This document shows, piece after piece, positions 1 to 11,255 of a DNA stretch of 64,000 bases (positions are counted from its first letter, which is position 1; each line of letters begins with the position of its first letter). The translations under genes and the position numbers were made by a program. The DNA is from an uncultured Hyphomicrobiaceae bacterium (lineage in GTDB: Bacteria > Pseudomonadota > Alphaproteobacteria > Rhizobiales > Hyphomicrobiaceae): NCBI GenBank assembly GCA_964579305.1, contig CAZOGY010000001.1:24806-88805 (forward strand), read 5' to 3'. The notes beneath the pieces were generated by a model. The model searched no databases and was not told where the DNA came from. It was given only the letters and a program-made list of their open reading frames with translations.

Positions 1-3000
1 CACATAGGTCTGTGAGAGCTGTTGGTAGACCCAAGGCGCGACCTGACCCGTGGTTGCGGACCATCCCATGGTGTTGGTGACGGCTGCTTCGATCTGGCGG
101 ACGCCTTCGTATCCGTGGGCCAACATGCCCTCGTACCATTTCGGGTTGAGCGCGCGGGTGCGTGTCTCCAGCGCGACCTGCTCAGACAGGGTGCGGACCT
201 GGCCACCACCTTTGGTTTGGTCGCCGATGTAGACGGAGATTGCTGCACCGCGTTCGCGTTCGGCCGCGCGCGAGATGCCGCCGAGCGTATCGAAGTAATG
301 GTCGATGGTGGTCACGCCGAGTTCGACCGACTCCAGGTTCTGGTAGGCGAGGTCGGTCTGGGCCAGCACCGACTTCATGACATCGGTTTGCTTGGTCGGT
401 TTGCCGTTGGTTCCGTAGGCAAACGATTTGCGGTTGGCGAAGACTTCAGCGATCTCGTCTTCGTCGTCCCAGGCGGCGTCCTCGATCAGCAGATTGACGT
501 TTGAGCCGTAGGCACCGTCCGCGTTGGAAAAGACGCGCAGGGCGGCCTGTTCGATGTCACAGTCATGCTCTTGCGCGTAGGCGAGTGCATGCTTGCGAAT
601 AAAGTTACGCGCGACGGGTTCATCGGCGGTTGCCGCCAGCAATGCGGCTTCGGCCAGCAACTTTGTTTGCAGCGGAAGCAGGTCGCGAAAGATGCCCGAA
701 AGTGTGACAAGCACATCAACGCGCGGGTGGTGCAGGTCCTCAAGTGGGCAGAGTTCTGCGCCGCACAGACGACCGTAGCTGTCGAAGCGCGGGCGCGCGC
801 CCATCAAGGCTAGGACTTGGGCGATCGGGCCGCCTTCCGACTTGAGATTATCTGTGCCCCACAGCACGAACGCCACCGTCTCGGGTGCTTTGCCGGTCTC
901 AGCGACGTGCCGGGCAATCAGGCGATCGGCCTGGGCGGCGCCGTCCTTAAGCGCGAAGGCGCTTGGCATGCGGAACGGGTCGAAGCCGTGGAGATTGCGG
1001 CCCGTCGGCAGGATTTCGGGCGTGCGGATGAGATCACCGCTTGGCGAAGGCGCAACGAAGCCGCCATCGAGCGCGTGGATCACGGCGTCGATCTCACGGT
1101 TGGTGCTTAAGGCGCGCTCGGTTGCCAGCAGGTTTGCAAAGGCGGATTTGATCTCGCCAGTCGCAGGCAGACGGCTGGCCTTCAGCGCAACGGGGATGCT
1201 CCCCGACGCAATCAGCTTATCGATGATCTCACGGTCCAGTTCGCCGAGCGGGCCGGCCGCGGCGATGGCGTGGAGCATGTCGAGGCGCTCTGCACGGTCC
1301 ATCGCTTTGCCCGCAACGTGCAGACCGCTCGGGATCAGCGTGTGTTCAAGTTCGAGAACTTTTTCAGCCACCGCATCGACGGCGTCGTAGGCGTCACCGG
1401 ACCATTCCGGCTCGGGTGCGGCCAAGTCGAACTCGGCGGCTTGCGCCTGGATCAGCGGCGCGATGCGTGCGCGCTCGTCGCCGGCGTCCGGCGCGAGATT
1501 GCGCCAGCGATCGATTGAGCTTTTGAGGTCGAACAGGCCTTTGTAGAGCCCAGCCTGTGTGATCGCTGGTGTGAGGTAGCTCACCAAGGTCGCTGCTGAC
1601 CGCCGTTTCGCGATGGCGCCTTCGGACGGGTTGTTGGCGGCGTAAAGATAGATGTTGGGCAGGTCGCCGATCAGCCGGTCGGGCCAGCAATCGCCGGACA
1701 AGGCGGTCTGTTTGCCGGGCATGAATTCGAGCGCGCCGTGGGTGCCGAAATGCAGGACGGCGTGTGCTGCGAAGTCTTCGCGCAGCCAGCGGTAGAACGC
1801 CGAGAACGCATGCGTTGGTGCAAACGACTTTTCAAACAGCAGCCGCATGGGATCGCCCTCGTAGCCGAAGGCGGGCTGCACACCGACGAACACGTCGCCG
1901 AACTGCGCGCCCAAGACGAGAATCCCCGAGCCGTTGACCTGCTGCTTGCCTGGAGCGCTGCCCCACTGTTTTTCAATTTCGGCGAGGTGGGGTTCGCGGC
2001 GCACGTGATCGTCGACCGGGATGGTCGCATGGACGTTGGCGGGCATGCCGTAGGTCTGCGCGTTGCCGCCGACAATGGCGTCGCGCAGGTCATCGACGGT
2101 GGCTGGGACGTCAACGTTATAACCGGCGTCTTTCAGGCCGTTGAGGGTTGCGTGCAAAGATTCATAGACCGACAAGAACGCCGCCGTTCCAACCGCGCCG
2201 CCATTGGGCGGGAAGTTGAACAGCACGATCGCAAGTTTGCGATCTTCGCGCGCGGTGCGGCGCAGTGCGATCAGTTTGGCGACGCGATCAGCGAGGCGGT
2301 CAGCACGTTCCGAACACACGACCAGGTCTTGGCCGGGTGCGCCGTGCTCAAACGAGCACGCACGCGCGCAGCCGGTGCATTTCGATTTGCCGGGATTGAG
2401 CCGGCCGCCAAAGACCGTCGGATTGGTTGCGCCATCGATTTCAGGCACGGCAACCATGATTGTGGCTTCGACCGGGAGGAGCCCGCGATCGCTTTCGCGC
2501 CATTGGCTGAGCGTTTGAAACTCGATTGCGTGCGCGGCGAGATAGGGAACGTCGAGATCGGCCAGAGTTTCGGCGGCGGCTTCTGCGTCGTTGTAGGCCG
2601 GGCCGCCGACCAGCGAGAAGCCGGTGAGTGACAGCAGCGCATCAATGACAGGTTTGCCGTTGTGGACGAGAAAGCGGTCGATCGCAGGGCGCGCGTCAAG
2701 TCCACAGGCGAACACTGGAAGGACGTTGAGGCCGCGGGCTTCAAGCGTCGCGATCATGCCGTCGTAATGCGCGGTATTGCCGGCCAGGAGATAGGAGCGC
2801 ATGACAAGCACGCCGACGGTCGGCTTGTCAGTGTCATGCAGAGCGGTCACGTCTTCAGCGTTGTCGCTCAGGCGGCCGGCGAGACGCGGATGGTAGACAC
2901 CGGTTTCGGGATAGGTGATTGGCGCTGCGACCTCGAGTGCGCCGCGCAAGTGGGCACGATCGCCGCTTGCGTGGCGGTTTACGAGATGGCGCACCATGTT

Positions 3001-3543
3001 GGCGAAGTTGTCGTCGGAACCTGCCAGCCAGTACTGCATCGTGATGAAATAGTCGCGCAGGTCCTGAGCAGAGCCGGGGATGAAACGCAGCACCCGCGGG
3101 ATGCGACGCAACATGGCCATTTGGCGTTCGCCGGAGCTTTTGGCGCCGTTCGTTTTGCCGCCACCCTTGAGGCGTTTGAGCAGGCCGAGAATGCCTTTGG
3201 CTTCCTTGCCGAAATCAATCCGGCCCATGCGTGTGAGCTTGATAACTTCGCCGGCGGACATGAAGCTGATCATGCAATCGCAGTGATCCCGGCGGGCCTT
3301 TAATGCCGGCAGCACGTCGCGGATCTGTTCGTCCATGAACAGCATGGTTGCGATGACGATGTCCGCGGTCGCGATGTCTGCGATGCAGGCGTCGCGTGCG
3401 GCGGGATTGTCTTGCCATGCTGCGGTGGCGTGCAGCGTGATCTGCAGGCCTGGGATCTCGTTGCGCAACATGGATTGCGCGCGCGCGGCCGCGCTCGCCA
3501 GATGGTTGTCGAGCGTCACGATGACGATGCGGACGGGCGCCAT
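1..3543 (-). CDS. bchH: Magnesium chelatase large subunit BchH (first 1181 codons; the 3' end runs off the left window edge)
   Basis: Absent from the ORF track because the frame never closes inside the window; no complete minus-strand ORF is listed in this frame between 1 and 3543. My translation from the ATG at 3543-3541 gives MAPVRIVIVTLDNHLASAAARAQSMLRNEIPGLQITLHATAAWQDNPAARDACIADIATADIVIATMLFMDEQIRDVLPALKARR... A spot check at 1741-1800 gives AFYRWLREDFAAHAVLHFGT in the same frame. Both fit the CobN/BchH family, and the gene sits after bchB in the bchFNBH order. Confidence 0.9.
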   Translation of the reverse strand, partial: MAPVRIVIVTLDNHLASAAARAQSMLRNEIPGLQITLHATAAWQDNPAARDACIADIATADIVIATMLFMDEQIRDVLPALKARRDHCDCMISFMSAGEVIKLTRMGRIDFGKEAKGILGLLKRLKGGGKTNGAKSSGERQMAMLRRIPRVLRFIPGSAQDLRDYFITMQYWLAGSDDNFANMVRHLVNRHASGDRAHLRGALEVAAPITYPETGVYHPRLAGRLSDNAEDVTALHDTDKPTVGVLVMRSYLLAGNTAHYDGMIATLEARGLNVLPVFACGLDARPAIDRFLVHNGKPVIDALLSLTGFSLVGGPAYNDAEAAAETLADLDVPYLAAHAIEFQTLSQWRESDRGLLPVEATIMVAVPEIDGATNPTVFGGRLNPGKSKCTGCARACSFEHGAPGQDLVVCSERADRLADRVAKLIALRRTAREDRKLAIVLFNFPPNGGAVGTAAFLSVYESLHATLNGLKDAGYNVDVPATVDDLRDAIVGGNAQTYGMPANVHATIPVDDHVRREPHLAEIEKQWGSAPGKQQVNGSGILVLGAQFGDVFVGVQPAFGYEGDPMRLLFEKSFAPTHAFSAFYRWLREDFAAHAVLHFGTHGALEFMPGKQTALSGDCWPDRLIGDLPNIYLYAANNPSEGAIAKRRSAATLVSYLTPAITQAGLYKGLFDLKSSIDRWRNLAPDAGDERARIAPLIQAQAAEFDLAAPEPEWSGDAYDAVDAVAEKVLELEHTLIPSGLHVAGKAMDRAERLDMLHAIAAAGPLGELDREIIDKLIASGSIPVALKASRLPATGEIKSAFANLLATERALSTNREIDAVIHALDGGFVAPSPSGDLIRTPEILPTGRNLHGFDPFRMPSAFALKDGAAQADRLIARHVAETGKAPETVAFVLWGTDNLKSEGGPIAQVLALMGARPRFDSYGRLCGAELCPLEDLHHPRVDVLVTLSGIFRDLLPLQTKLLAEAALLAATADEPVARNFIRKHALAYAQEHDCDIEQAALRVFSNADGAYGSNVNLLIEDAAWDDEDEIAEVFANRKSFAYGTNGKPTKQTDVMKSVLAQTDLAYQNLESVELGVTTIDHYFDTLGGISRAAERERGAAISVYIGDQTKGGGQVRTLSEQVALETRTRALNPKWYEGMLAHGYEGVRQIEAAVTNTMGWSATTGQVAPWVYQQLSQTYV

Positions 3544-3544
3544 G

Positions 3545-5173
3545 TCAGCGCCCAAAATGGGCCTTGGCATCGTACAGCGTCTCCAAAGTGATCAGCGCCA
3601 CGCCGTGTTCACGGGCGTAGCTTTCGGTGTTGCGACGTGCTTTGCCGCGCACGAAGAACGGGATGCGTTTGAGTTCACGTTCAGCATCGTCAGCCCAGCT
3701 GACGGTGATGGGTGCGTCGGGGTCCGACGGGGGCGTGGGCGGCGCATGCGCCTCAGCGACGGCCGCGTGCACGGATGTTGGCAAGGCTTGCGCGTCCGGT
3801 GTCGCGGTGGCGCGGGCGCCATGGCCGTGATGCGATGGGGCGGCCTCGTCGTGAAATTCGAAATCCTCGCGGAACATCGCGAGCAGGTGTTCTTCAAGAC
3901 CCATCATGAGGGGATGGACCCAGGTGTCGAAGATGACGTTGGCGCCTTCAAAACCCATCATCGGCGCATAGCGCGCGGGAAAATCTTGAACGTGGACGGG
4001 CGCTGAGATGACGGCGCAGCCGATCCCGGCACGTTTGGCGATATGGCGTTCCATCTGCGTGCCGAGGACAAGCTCAGGCTGCAGTGTCTGGATTGCGTCT
4101 TCGACGTCGAGGTAGTCGTCCGTGATCAAGGCTTCGAGGCCGAGATCCTTTGCGGCGGCGCGGACTTCGCGCGCGCTTTCGCGTGAGTAAGTCCCAAGCC
4201 CGACGACGTTGAAGCCGAACTCTTCCTTGGCGATGCGCGCCGCGGCAACGGCATGCGTGCCATCGGCAAAGATAAATACGCGCTTGTTGGTCAGGTAATT
4301 GCTGTCGACGGAGCGGGCATACCAGGGCTGACGCAAGTCGCGCTCAAGGGTTGCCATGTCGGCAGTGAGACCGGTGATCTCGCTGACTTCGGCAATGAAA
4401 TCGCGGGTTGCGCCGACGCCCATGGGCACGGTCTTGGTATGGGGCATGGCATGGGCGCGCTTGAGCCACTCAGCGGTGCTGCGCGCCAGCTCAGGATACA
4501 GGACGACATTGAAGTCTGCGTCGGGAATCCGTGCGATATCAGCCGGTGTTGCATCCAGCGGCGCGACCACGTTGACATCGATACCCATCGCACCCAGCAG
4601 CCGGGTCATTTCGGTGACGTCGTCGCGATGGCGGAAGCCAAGCGCCGTTGGTCCGAGAATGTTGCAGGCGGGGCGGCGTGCGATTGCCGGGGCGTTGGCG
4701 GTGTCGTCCGTATCCCTCGTCGTTGCTGCGCGTTGGGACACAACCGAGCGCACGACCTGGTAGAACGTCTCAGCCGCGCCCCAGTTTTCTTTCTTCGAAT
4801 AGGACGGCAACTCAAGCGGCACGACAGGAATGTCGAGGTTCATCGCCTTGGCAAGGCCGGCCGGGTCGTCCTGGATCAGTTCTGCCGTGCAGGAGGCGCC
4901 AACCAGCATCAGATCCGGCTGGAAGCGTGCAAAGGCATCGCGCGCGGCGGTCTGGAACAGGTCGGCCGTATCGCTGCCAAGGTCGCGGGCCTGGAATGTT
5001 GTGTAGGTGACCGGCGGACGGTGGTCACGCCGCTCAATCATCGTGAACAGCAAGTCGGCGTAGGTGTCGCCCTGCGGTGCGTGGAGCACGTAGTGCACGT
5101 TTTTCATGGCCGTGGCCACGCGCATGGCGCCAACGTGCGGCGGTCCTTCGTATGTCCAAAGTGTCAACTGCAT
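3545..5173 (-). CDS. bchB: Light-independent protochlorophyllide reductase (DPOR) subunit B
   Basis: 542-aa ORF starting [49 protein letters not shown], the canonical BchB/ChlB N-terminus. ATG at 5173. Its stop lies 1 nt from the bchH ATG and there is a 4-nt gap after bchN. Confidence 0.95.
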   Translation of the reverse strand: MQLTLWTYEGPPHVGAMRVATAMKNVHYVLHAPQGDTYADLLFTMIERRDHRPPVTYTTFQARDLGSDTADLFQTAARDAFARFQPDLMLVGASCTAELIQDDPAGLAKAMNLDIPVVPLELPSYSKKENWGAAETFYQVVRSVVSQRAATTRDTDDTANAPAIARRPACNILGPTALGFRHRDDVTEMTRLLGAMGIDVNVVAPLDATPADIARIPDADFNVVLYPELARSTAEWLKRAHAMPHTKTVPMGVGATRDFIAEVSEITGLTADMATLERDLRQPWYARSVDSNYLTNKRVFIFADGTHAVAAARIAKEEFGFNVVGLGTYSRESAREVRAAAKDLGLEALITDDYLDVEDAIQTLQPELVLGTQMERHIAKRAGIGCAVISAPVHVQDFPARYAPMMGFEGANVIFDTWVHPLMMGLEEHLLAMFREDFEFHDEAAPSHHGHGARATATPDAQALPTSVHAAVAEAHAPPTPPSDPDAPITVSWADDAERELKRIPFFVRGKARRNTESYAREHGVALITLETLYDAKAHFGR

Positions 5174-5177
5174 CGGC

Positions 5178-7102
<1,925 letters not shown>

Positions 7103-7288
7103 GCGCGCCCCCTCATCAACTTCGCCTGAACCTGCCCGTGGATCTGCGCCACGCGATGTGACTGGCCACGCTGGGCGTTTGCCCGGTTCAGGCGGCTTGC
7201 GATGGCTCAGATGGCGGTGCGTCGAGCGTCATGCACAGCGCTTGAGAGCCTCGTCCGTTGCCATGATCTTGGTGCGCGGCTTGGCGAG

Positions 7289-7332
7289 TGTCAATCTTAT
7301 TTGACACATTTGATCGCGTGATCAACTTTACA
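7289..7332. promoter_or_regulatory. PpsR/CrtJ operator pair in the bchF/ppaA divergent intergenic region
   Basis: Read directly: TGTCAATCTTATTTGACA (7289-7306) is a perfect TGT-N12-ACA (TGTC-N10-GACA). After an 8-bp gap comes CGCGTGATCAACTTTACA (7315-7332), which keeps only the ACA half. The palindrome ends in TTGACA on both strands, giving possible -35 boxes. On the minus strand a 17-nt spacer leads to CAAGAT (7271-7266). Confidence 0.6.
7310..7325. promoter_or_regulatory. Perfect 16-bp palindrome TTGATC-GCGT-GATCAA (candidate regulator site)
   Basis: Read directly at 7310-7325. The half-sites are TTGAT/ATCAA (FNR/FnrL type) but the spacing is N6, not the canonical N4. It overlaps the gap and second half-site of the PpsR operator pair. 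Confidence 0.35.
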
Positions 7333-7568
7333 TTCGTCCTAGAACAGGGCCTAGTGTGACGAGACTGTGTGTTTGACCTTGGATTTACGTCTGAGGGACT
7401 GGTTGGCCCCGCGTCGGGGTCGTGTTTGTCTGCCGTGAGGATCTGAAATCTGGCGACGCAGCCCGCACACGAATAGGTGGGTGATGCGTTGGATCGACGG
7501 GGCGCCCCGTTTCGGCTGCACTTTTTTCGCGCTGAGCGAGCCGATCAGCGGCAGCTGGGTGACGAGAC

Positions 7569-8564
7569 ATGAGCCGTCAAAAACGCCCAGGCCCGGAAGA
7601 TCCAGATAGGCCCCAAGGGCTTACAAGCCAGACGCCAGCGATGCGCGGCCCAAACGCTGAGGGGGCCGACATGTCGTCCCAAACAAGTACGGTTGATTCC
7701 GGGCAGCCCAATCCGGATGCAGGGCGGATGGCGCACCAGCACGCCTCCCAAATGGCAGCTCCGGGTGCTGCGTTGACGCAAGATCTGGCTGGTGTGATCG
7801 GCCGCGAAATCATCCCGCGTCTCATGCTTTTGCATGGTGTGCGGGCCGCTGGCGACGCGCCTGGCACTGGTCGAACCGCACCTGATGGCCCGGCCAGCGA
7901 AGACGATGGCGCCAAAGCGCGCAAGGCGCTGCTTGAGTGCGTTTTGGCTGATGATGATGCGGGCGCGCGCGCCGTCATCGACGCGCAATTGCGCCTTGGA
8001 CATGACCTGGAAGCGGTGATCCTGCAGACAATTGCCCCAACGGCGCGGTTTCTGGGCCGACTTTGGGAGCATGATGCGGTCAGTTTCGTCGACGTCACGA
8101 TTGCCACGTCACGCCTGCAGCAGCTTATCCACAGCCTGCGACCTGCCCAGCCGCTCTCGCAAGATGACCAGGGGCGGCATATCCTTTTGTTGCCGGCACC
8201 CGGCGAGCAGCACACGTTTGGTTTGCTGGTGCTGGGCGAATTTTTCCGCAATCGCGGATGGAGCGTAACCGGCGGTTATCAAATCGCTGCCGCTGAGGCT
8301 GAGCAGATTATTGCGCGCTCACACCAGGATGTCGTTGGCATTTCACTTTCGAATGCGCGGCTGACTGAGCCCCTCACAAAATTCATTTCCGCATTGCGGT
8401 CGCGCTCGCGCAATCGGGGTTTGCACGTTCTCGTTGGCGGATCGGTGTTTGAGAAAGAGCCTGCGCTGGTGGAGCGGGTGGGCGCTGATGCGTGTCAATC
8501 CGATCCGTTGGATGCGGTCTCCCACTGCGAAACGCTCTTGCCGCCGCGACAGAGCGGCTCATGA
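7569..8564 (+). CDS. ppaA: Cobalamin-binding antirepressor of PpsR (PpaA/AerR family); start uncertain
   Basis: The C-terminal half carries a B12-binding-domain signature: E-Q-H-T-F-G (8205-8222, a DxHxxG variant), then ISLS (SxL) and VGGS (GG). It lies immediately upstream of ppsR, as aerR/ppaA does in Rhodobacter. The N-terminal ~60 aa are low complexity, with in-frame ATGs at 7569, 7641, 7671 and 7728. Confidence 0.75.
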   Translation: MSRQKRPGPEDPDRPQGLTSQTPAMRGPNAEGADMSSQTSTVDSGQPNPDAGRMAHQHASQMAAPGAALTQDLAGVIGREIIPRLMLLHGVRAAGDAPGTGRTAPDGPASEDDGAKARKALLECVLADDDAGARAVIDAQLRLGHDLEAVILQTIAPTARFLGRLWEHDAVSFVDVTIATSRLQQLIHSLRPAQPLSQDDQGRHILLLPAPGEQHTFGLLVLGEFFRNRGWSVTGGYQIAAAEAEQIIARSHQDVVGISLSNARLTEPLTKFISALRSRSRNRGLHVLVGGSVFEKEPALVERVGADACQSDPLDAVSHCETLLPPRQSGS

Positions 8565-8649
8565 CACAGCCCCGTCGGCTGCGGTGGATGCTGGCACACC
8601 GATGGACGGGACCGGGCCGGCGACAGATCTCAGTTCGTGAGAGCGCACG

Positions 8650-10080
8650 GTGAAACCATTCAAGTCGCCAAAACGATCGATCGGCGATCTCGATGCCAAG
8701 ACGGCGGCGCGCCTGCTGGCGGGTGTGGCTGACCTTGCGTTGGTCGTCGACGAGGAGGGTACGATCCGCGACGTCGCGTTCGGCCCGGACGTTTATGACG
8801 ACATCGGTTGCGCAGACTGGATCGGTAAACCGTGGCGCACGTTGGTGACCGTGGAAAGCGTTGTCAAAATCGATGAAATCATGCGCAGCGCTAAGGTGAA
8901 ATTGACTGAGCCACGCTGGCGGCAAGTCAATCATCTCACGAACGACAATGACGATTTGCCGATCCGGTATCAGGCTATTCGGCTGAAAAACGACGGCCCC
9001 ATCCTCGTGTTTGGCCGGGACATGACGCATGCTGCATCACTGCAGCAGCGGTTGCTTGATGTTCAAACGCAGTTGGAGCGCGAGTACGCGCGGCTTGCGC
9101 AGGTTGAAACGCGGTATCGTGCGTTATTTCAATCCAGCGTCGATGCGATTCTGGTGGTCGATGCGGCCTCGCTAGAGGTGACGGACGCCAACCAGGCCTG
9201 TGTCAATCTCTTTGCCAATGGTACGCGCACGGTGGTTGGTCGGCGTTTGCCGGATCTGATCCATCCCCAATACCGCGATGCGCTTGCGACGTTGCTGGCG
9301 GAAGCGCGGACAAAGCCGCGCGCTGAACCCATTGTCCTCAAGGGCGCGCACTATAATAAAAACCTGCAGGCCACCGTCGGCGTGTTCCGTGACGGTGACA
9401 CGCTCCATTATCTGGTGCGGCTTGTTGATATTGGTGAGAGTACGCTGGCGGCGGTGCGCCCGACGGTCGCCGATGATCTGCAAAACGTTTTGGAGCGGAT
9501 GCCCGACGCGTTTGTCATGGTCGACGACAATTTTTGTATCATGACAGCCAATTCTGCGTTTTTGGAATTTGCCGAGTTGGCCGCCGAGGATCAGGTGCGC
9601 GGACAGCCGATCCATCGCTGGCTGGGCCGGGTCGAGATTGATACGGCTGTGCTCTTTGCAAGTCTGGCAGAGCGCGGGTCGGTTGCCCGATACAATGCGC
9701 TGTTGCGCGGTGAGTATGGCGCGCGCCACAGCATAGAGATTTCGGGCGTGGCTGCGCCTGGCGACAATGGACTGGTGTACGGGCTGATCATTCATCGCGA
9801 TCCCGCGCCGATGCCAGAGGCGGGCGACACCGGACTGCTTGGTGAAGCGGGATCAGCCGATAAGCTCAAGGAGCTCGTTGGCCGGACACCTCTGCGCGAT
9901 CTCGTTCGCCAAACCACAGACATCGTTGAGCGCATGTGCATTGAAGCCGCGCTTGAATTGACCGGGGATAATCGTGCGTCGGCGGCGGAGATGCTCGGGC
10001 TGTCGCGCCAGAGCCTCTATTTGAAACTGCGGCGCCACAACATCGGTGGGCTTGGCGAGAGCGACGACGACTTGCGGTGA
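8650..10080 (+). CDS. ppsR: Photosynthesis gene repressor PpsR/CrtJ (PAS domains plus C-terminal Fis-type HTH)
   Basis: 476 aa with a GTG start. The C-terminus ...DIVERMCIEAALELTGDNRASAAEMLGLSRQSLYLKLRRHNI is the PpsR/CrtJ HTH and includes the conserved Cys. Length and position before bchG fit. Confidence 0.9.
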   Translation: MKPFKSPKRSIGDLDAKTAARLLAGVADLALVVDEEGTIRDVAFGPDVYDDIGCADWIGKPWRTLVTVESVVKIDEIMRSAKVKLTEPRWRQVNHLTNDNDDLPIRYQAIRLKNDGPILVFGRDMTHAASLQQRLLDVQTQLEREYARLAQVETRYRALFQSSVDAILVVDAASLEVTDANQACVNLFANGTRTVVGRRLPDLIHPQYRDALATLLAEARTKPRAEPIVLKGAHYNKNLQATVGVFRDGDTLHYLVRLVDIGESTLAAVRPTVADDLQNVLERMPDAFVMVDDNFCIMTANSAFLEFAELAAEDQVRGQPIHRWLGRVEIDTAVLFASLAERGSVARYNALLRGEYGARHSIEISGVAAPGDNGLVYGLIIHRDPAPMPEAGDTGLLGEAGSADKLKELVGRTPLRDLVRQTTDIVERMCIEAALELTGDNRASAAEMLGLSRQSLYLKLRRHNIGGLGESDDDLR

Positions 10081-10220
10081 ATCGCGCGCCGGCCAATCCG
10101 GCACAACAGTTTGCGAGCGGGCGCTTTGGATGCGACGTCGGTGGACGCCGCATCGGTGGCTGTCGGCGCCTTTGCCACGTTGGCGCCGACGAATGTCGCA
10201 CGAGAAGGTCGGCGTGCGAG

Positions 10221-10264
10221 TGTAAAGTTTATTTGACACTTGGAATTGTCGATCCGTATTGTCG
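10221..10264. promoter_or_regulatory. PpsR/CrtJ operator pair overlapping a sigma70-like bchG promoter
   Basis: Read directly: TGTAAAGTTTATTTGACA (10221-10238) is a perfect TGT-N12-ACA. After an 8-bp gap comes TGTCGATCCGTATTGTCG (10247-10264), which keeps only the TGT half; an ACA follows 3 nt later. TTGACA at 10233-10238, an 18-nt spacer and TATTGT at 10257-10262 give a plausible -35/-10. Confidence 0.6.
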
Positions 10265-10311
10265 ACAGGCGCGCTGCAACTGATGGTGTGCAAGTGTTGA
10301 GAGGCGCTCAG

Positions 10312-11220
10312 ATGTCCCGCACGGCGAACCTAGCAACAACGGCGCAGTTGCCGTCTGCGCGCGCGGTGCTTGAGCTGCTTAAGCCGATCACGTGGTTTGC
10401 ACCCATGTGGGCTTATGGTTGCGGTGCCGTCTCTGCGGGGATCGGCACAAGCGGACGCTGGCCGGAGATCCTGTTGGGGATCGTCCTGGCTGGGCCGATG
10501 GTGTGCGGGACGAGCCAGGCCGTGAATGACTGGTTCGATCGTCACGTGGACGCGATCAATGAGCCGGACCGCCCGATCCCATCGGGCCGCATTCCCGGCC
10601 ATTGGGGGCTCGTGATTGCCGTTGTTTGGACGGTCCTTTCGCTGGTGCTTGCCGCTTTCTTGGGGACGTGGACCTTCTGGGCTGCCGTCGTGGGGTTGGC
10701 GCTGGCATGGGCCTATAGTGCGCCGCCGTTACGGCTGAAGCTGGATGGCTGGTACGGCAACACGGCGGTTGCAGCCTGCTATGAAGGGCTGCCGTGGTTT
10801 ACCGGCGCGGCCATTGTCGCTGGCGCGTTTCCGCGATGGGAGATTGTCGCTGCCGCAGCGCTTTATAGCGCTGGAGCGTTCGGCATCATGATCCTCAATG
10901 ATTTCAAAGCCATCGAAGGCGATACCCGGCTGGGTGTGCGCACCTTGCCTGTGCAGTTGGGGACCGCGCGGGCGGCTTGGCTCGCTTGCGTTGTGATGGC
11001 GGCCGCGCAAGTCGCGGTGATCGCGCTGCTGCTTTCGCTTTCGCAGCCGCTTCATGCCGCCGTGGTTGCGATCAGCGTTCTCATTCAGTTTGAGCTCATG
11101 CGGCGGCTACTTGCCGATCCGGCGGGCCTGGCGCCCTGGTACAACGCGACGGGCACCACGCTTTATGTCTTGGGCATGTTGGTGACGGCGTTCGCGCTGG
11201 CGGGCTTGCCGGTCGCTTGA
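10312..11220 (+). CDS. bchG: Bacteriochlorophyll synthase (UbiA-family prenyltransferase)
   Basis: Contains ...LLKPITWFAPMWAYGCGAVSAG...SQAVNDWFDRHVDAINEPDRPIPSGRI..., the UbiA/BchG pattern. I trimmed the track start (10240) to the ATG at 10312, which follows GAGAGG. Confidence 0.9.
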   Translation: MSRTANLATTAQLPSARAVLELLKPITWFAPMWAYGCGAVSAGIGTSGRWPEILLGIVLAGPMVCGTSQAVNDWFDRHVDAINEPDRPIPSGRIPGHWGLVIAVVWTVLSLVLAAFLGTWTFWAAVVGLALAWAYSAPPLRLKLDGWYGNTAVAACYEGLPWFTGAAIVAGAFPRWEIVAAAALYSAGAFGIMILNDFKAIEGDTRLGVRTLPVQLGTARAAWLACVVMAAAQVAVIALLLSLSQPLHAAVVAISVLIQFELMRRLLADPAGLAPWYNATGTTLYVLGMLVTAFALAGLPVA

Positions 11221-11255
11221 AGTTGTCGCCGTTGCGGCGTTTGAGGGAACACACA

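Noticed and set aside
1738-2631. Plus-strand ORFs inside bchH (for example 1738-2631, 297 aa, and 2662-3303, 213 aa) and inside bchB/bchN (4253-5296 and 5775-6536).
   Set aside because: They are antisense to bch genes whose translations match their families well. None shows a recognisable domain.
7497-7530. The palindrome ACGGGGCGCCCCGT followed by a T-run (7522-7527), considered as a terminator or attenuator in the ppaA leader.
   Set aside because: The palindrome has no loop, so at most a 5-bp stem can form. The T-run is 11 nt away, so it does not fit an intrinsic terminator.
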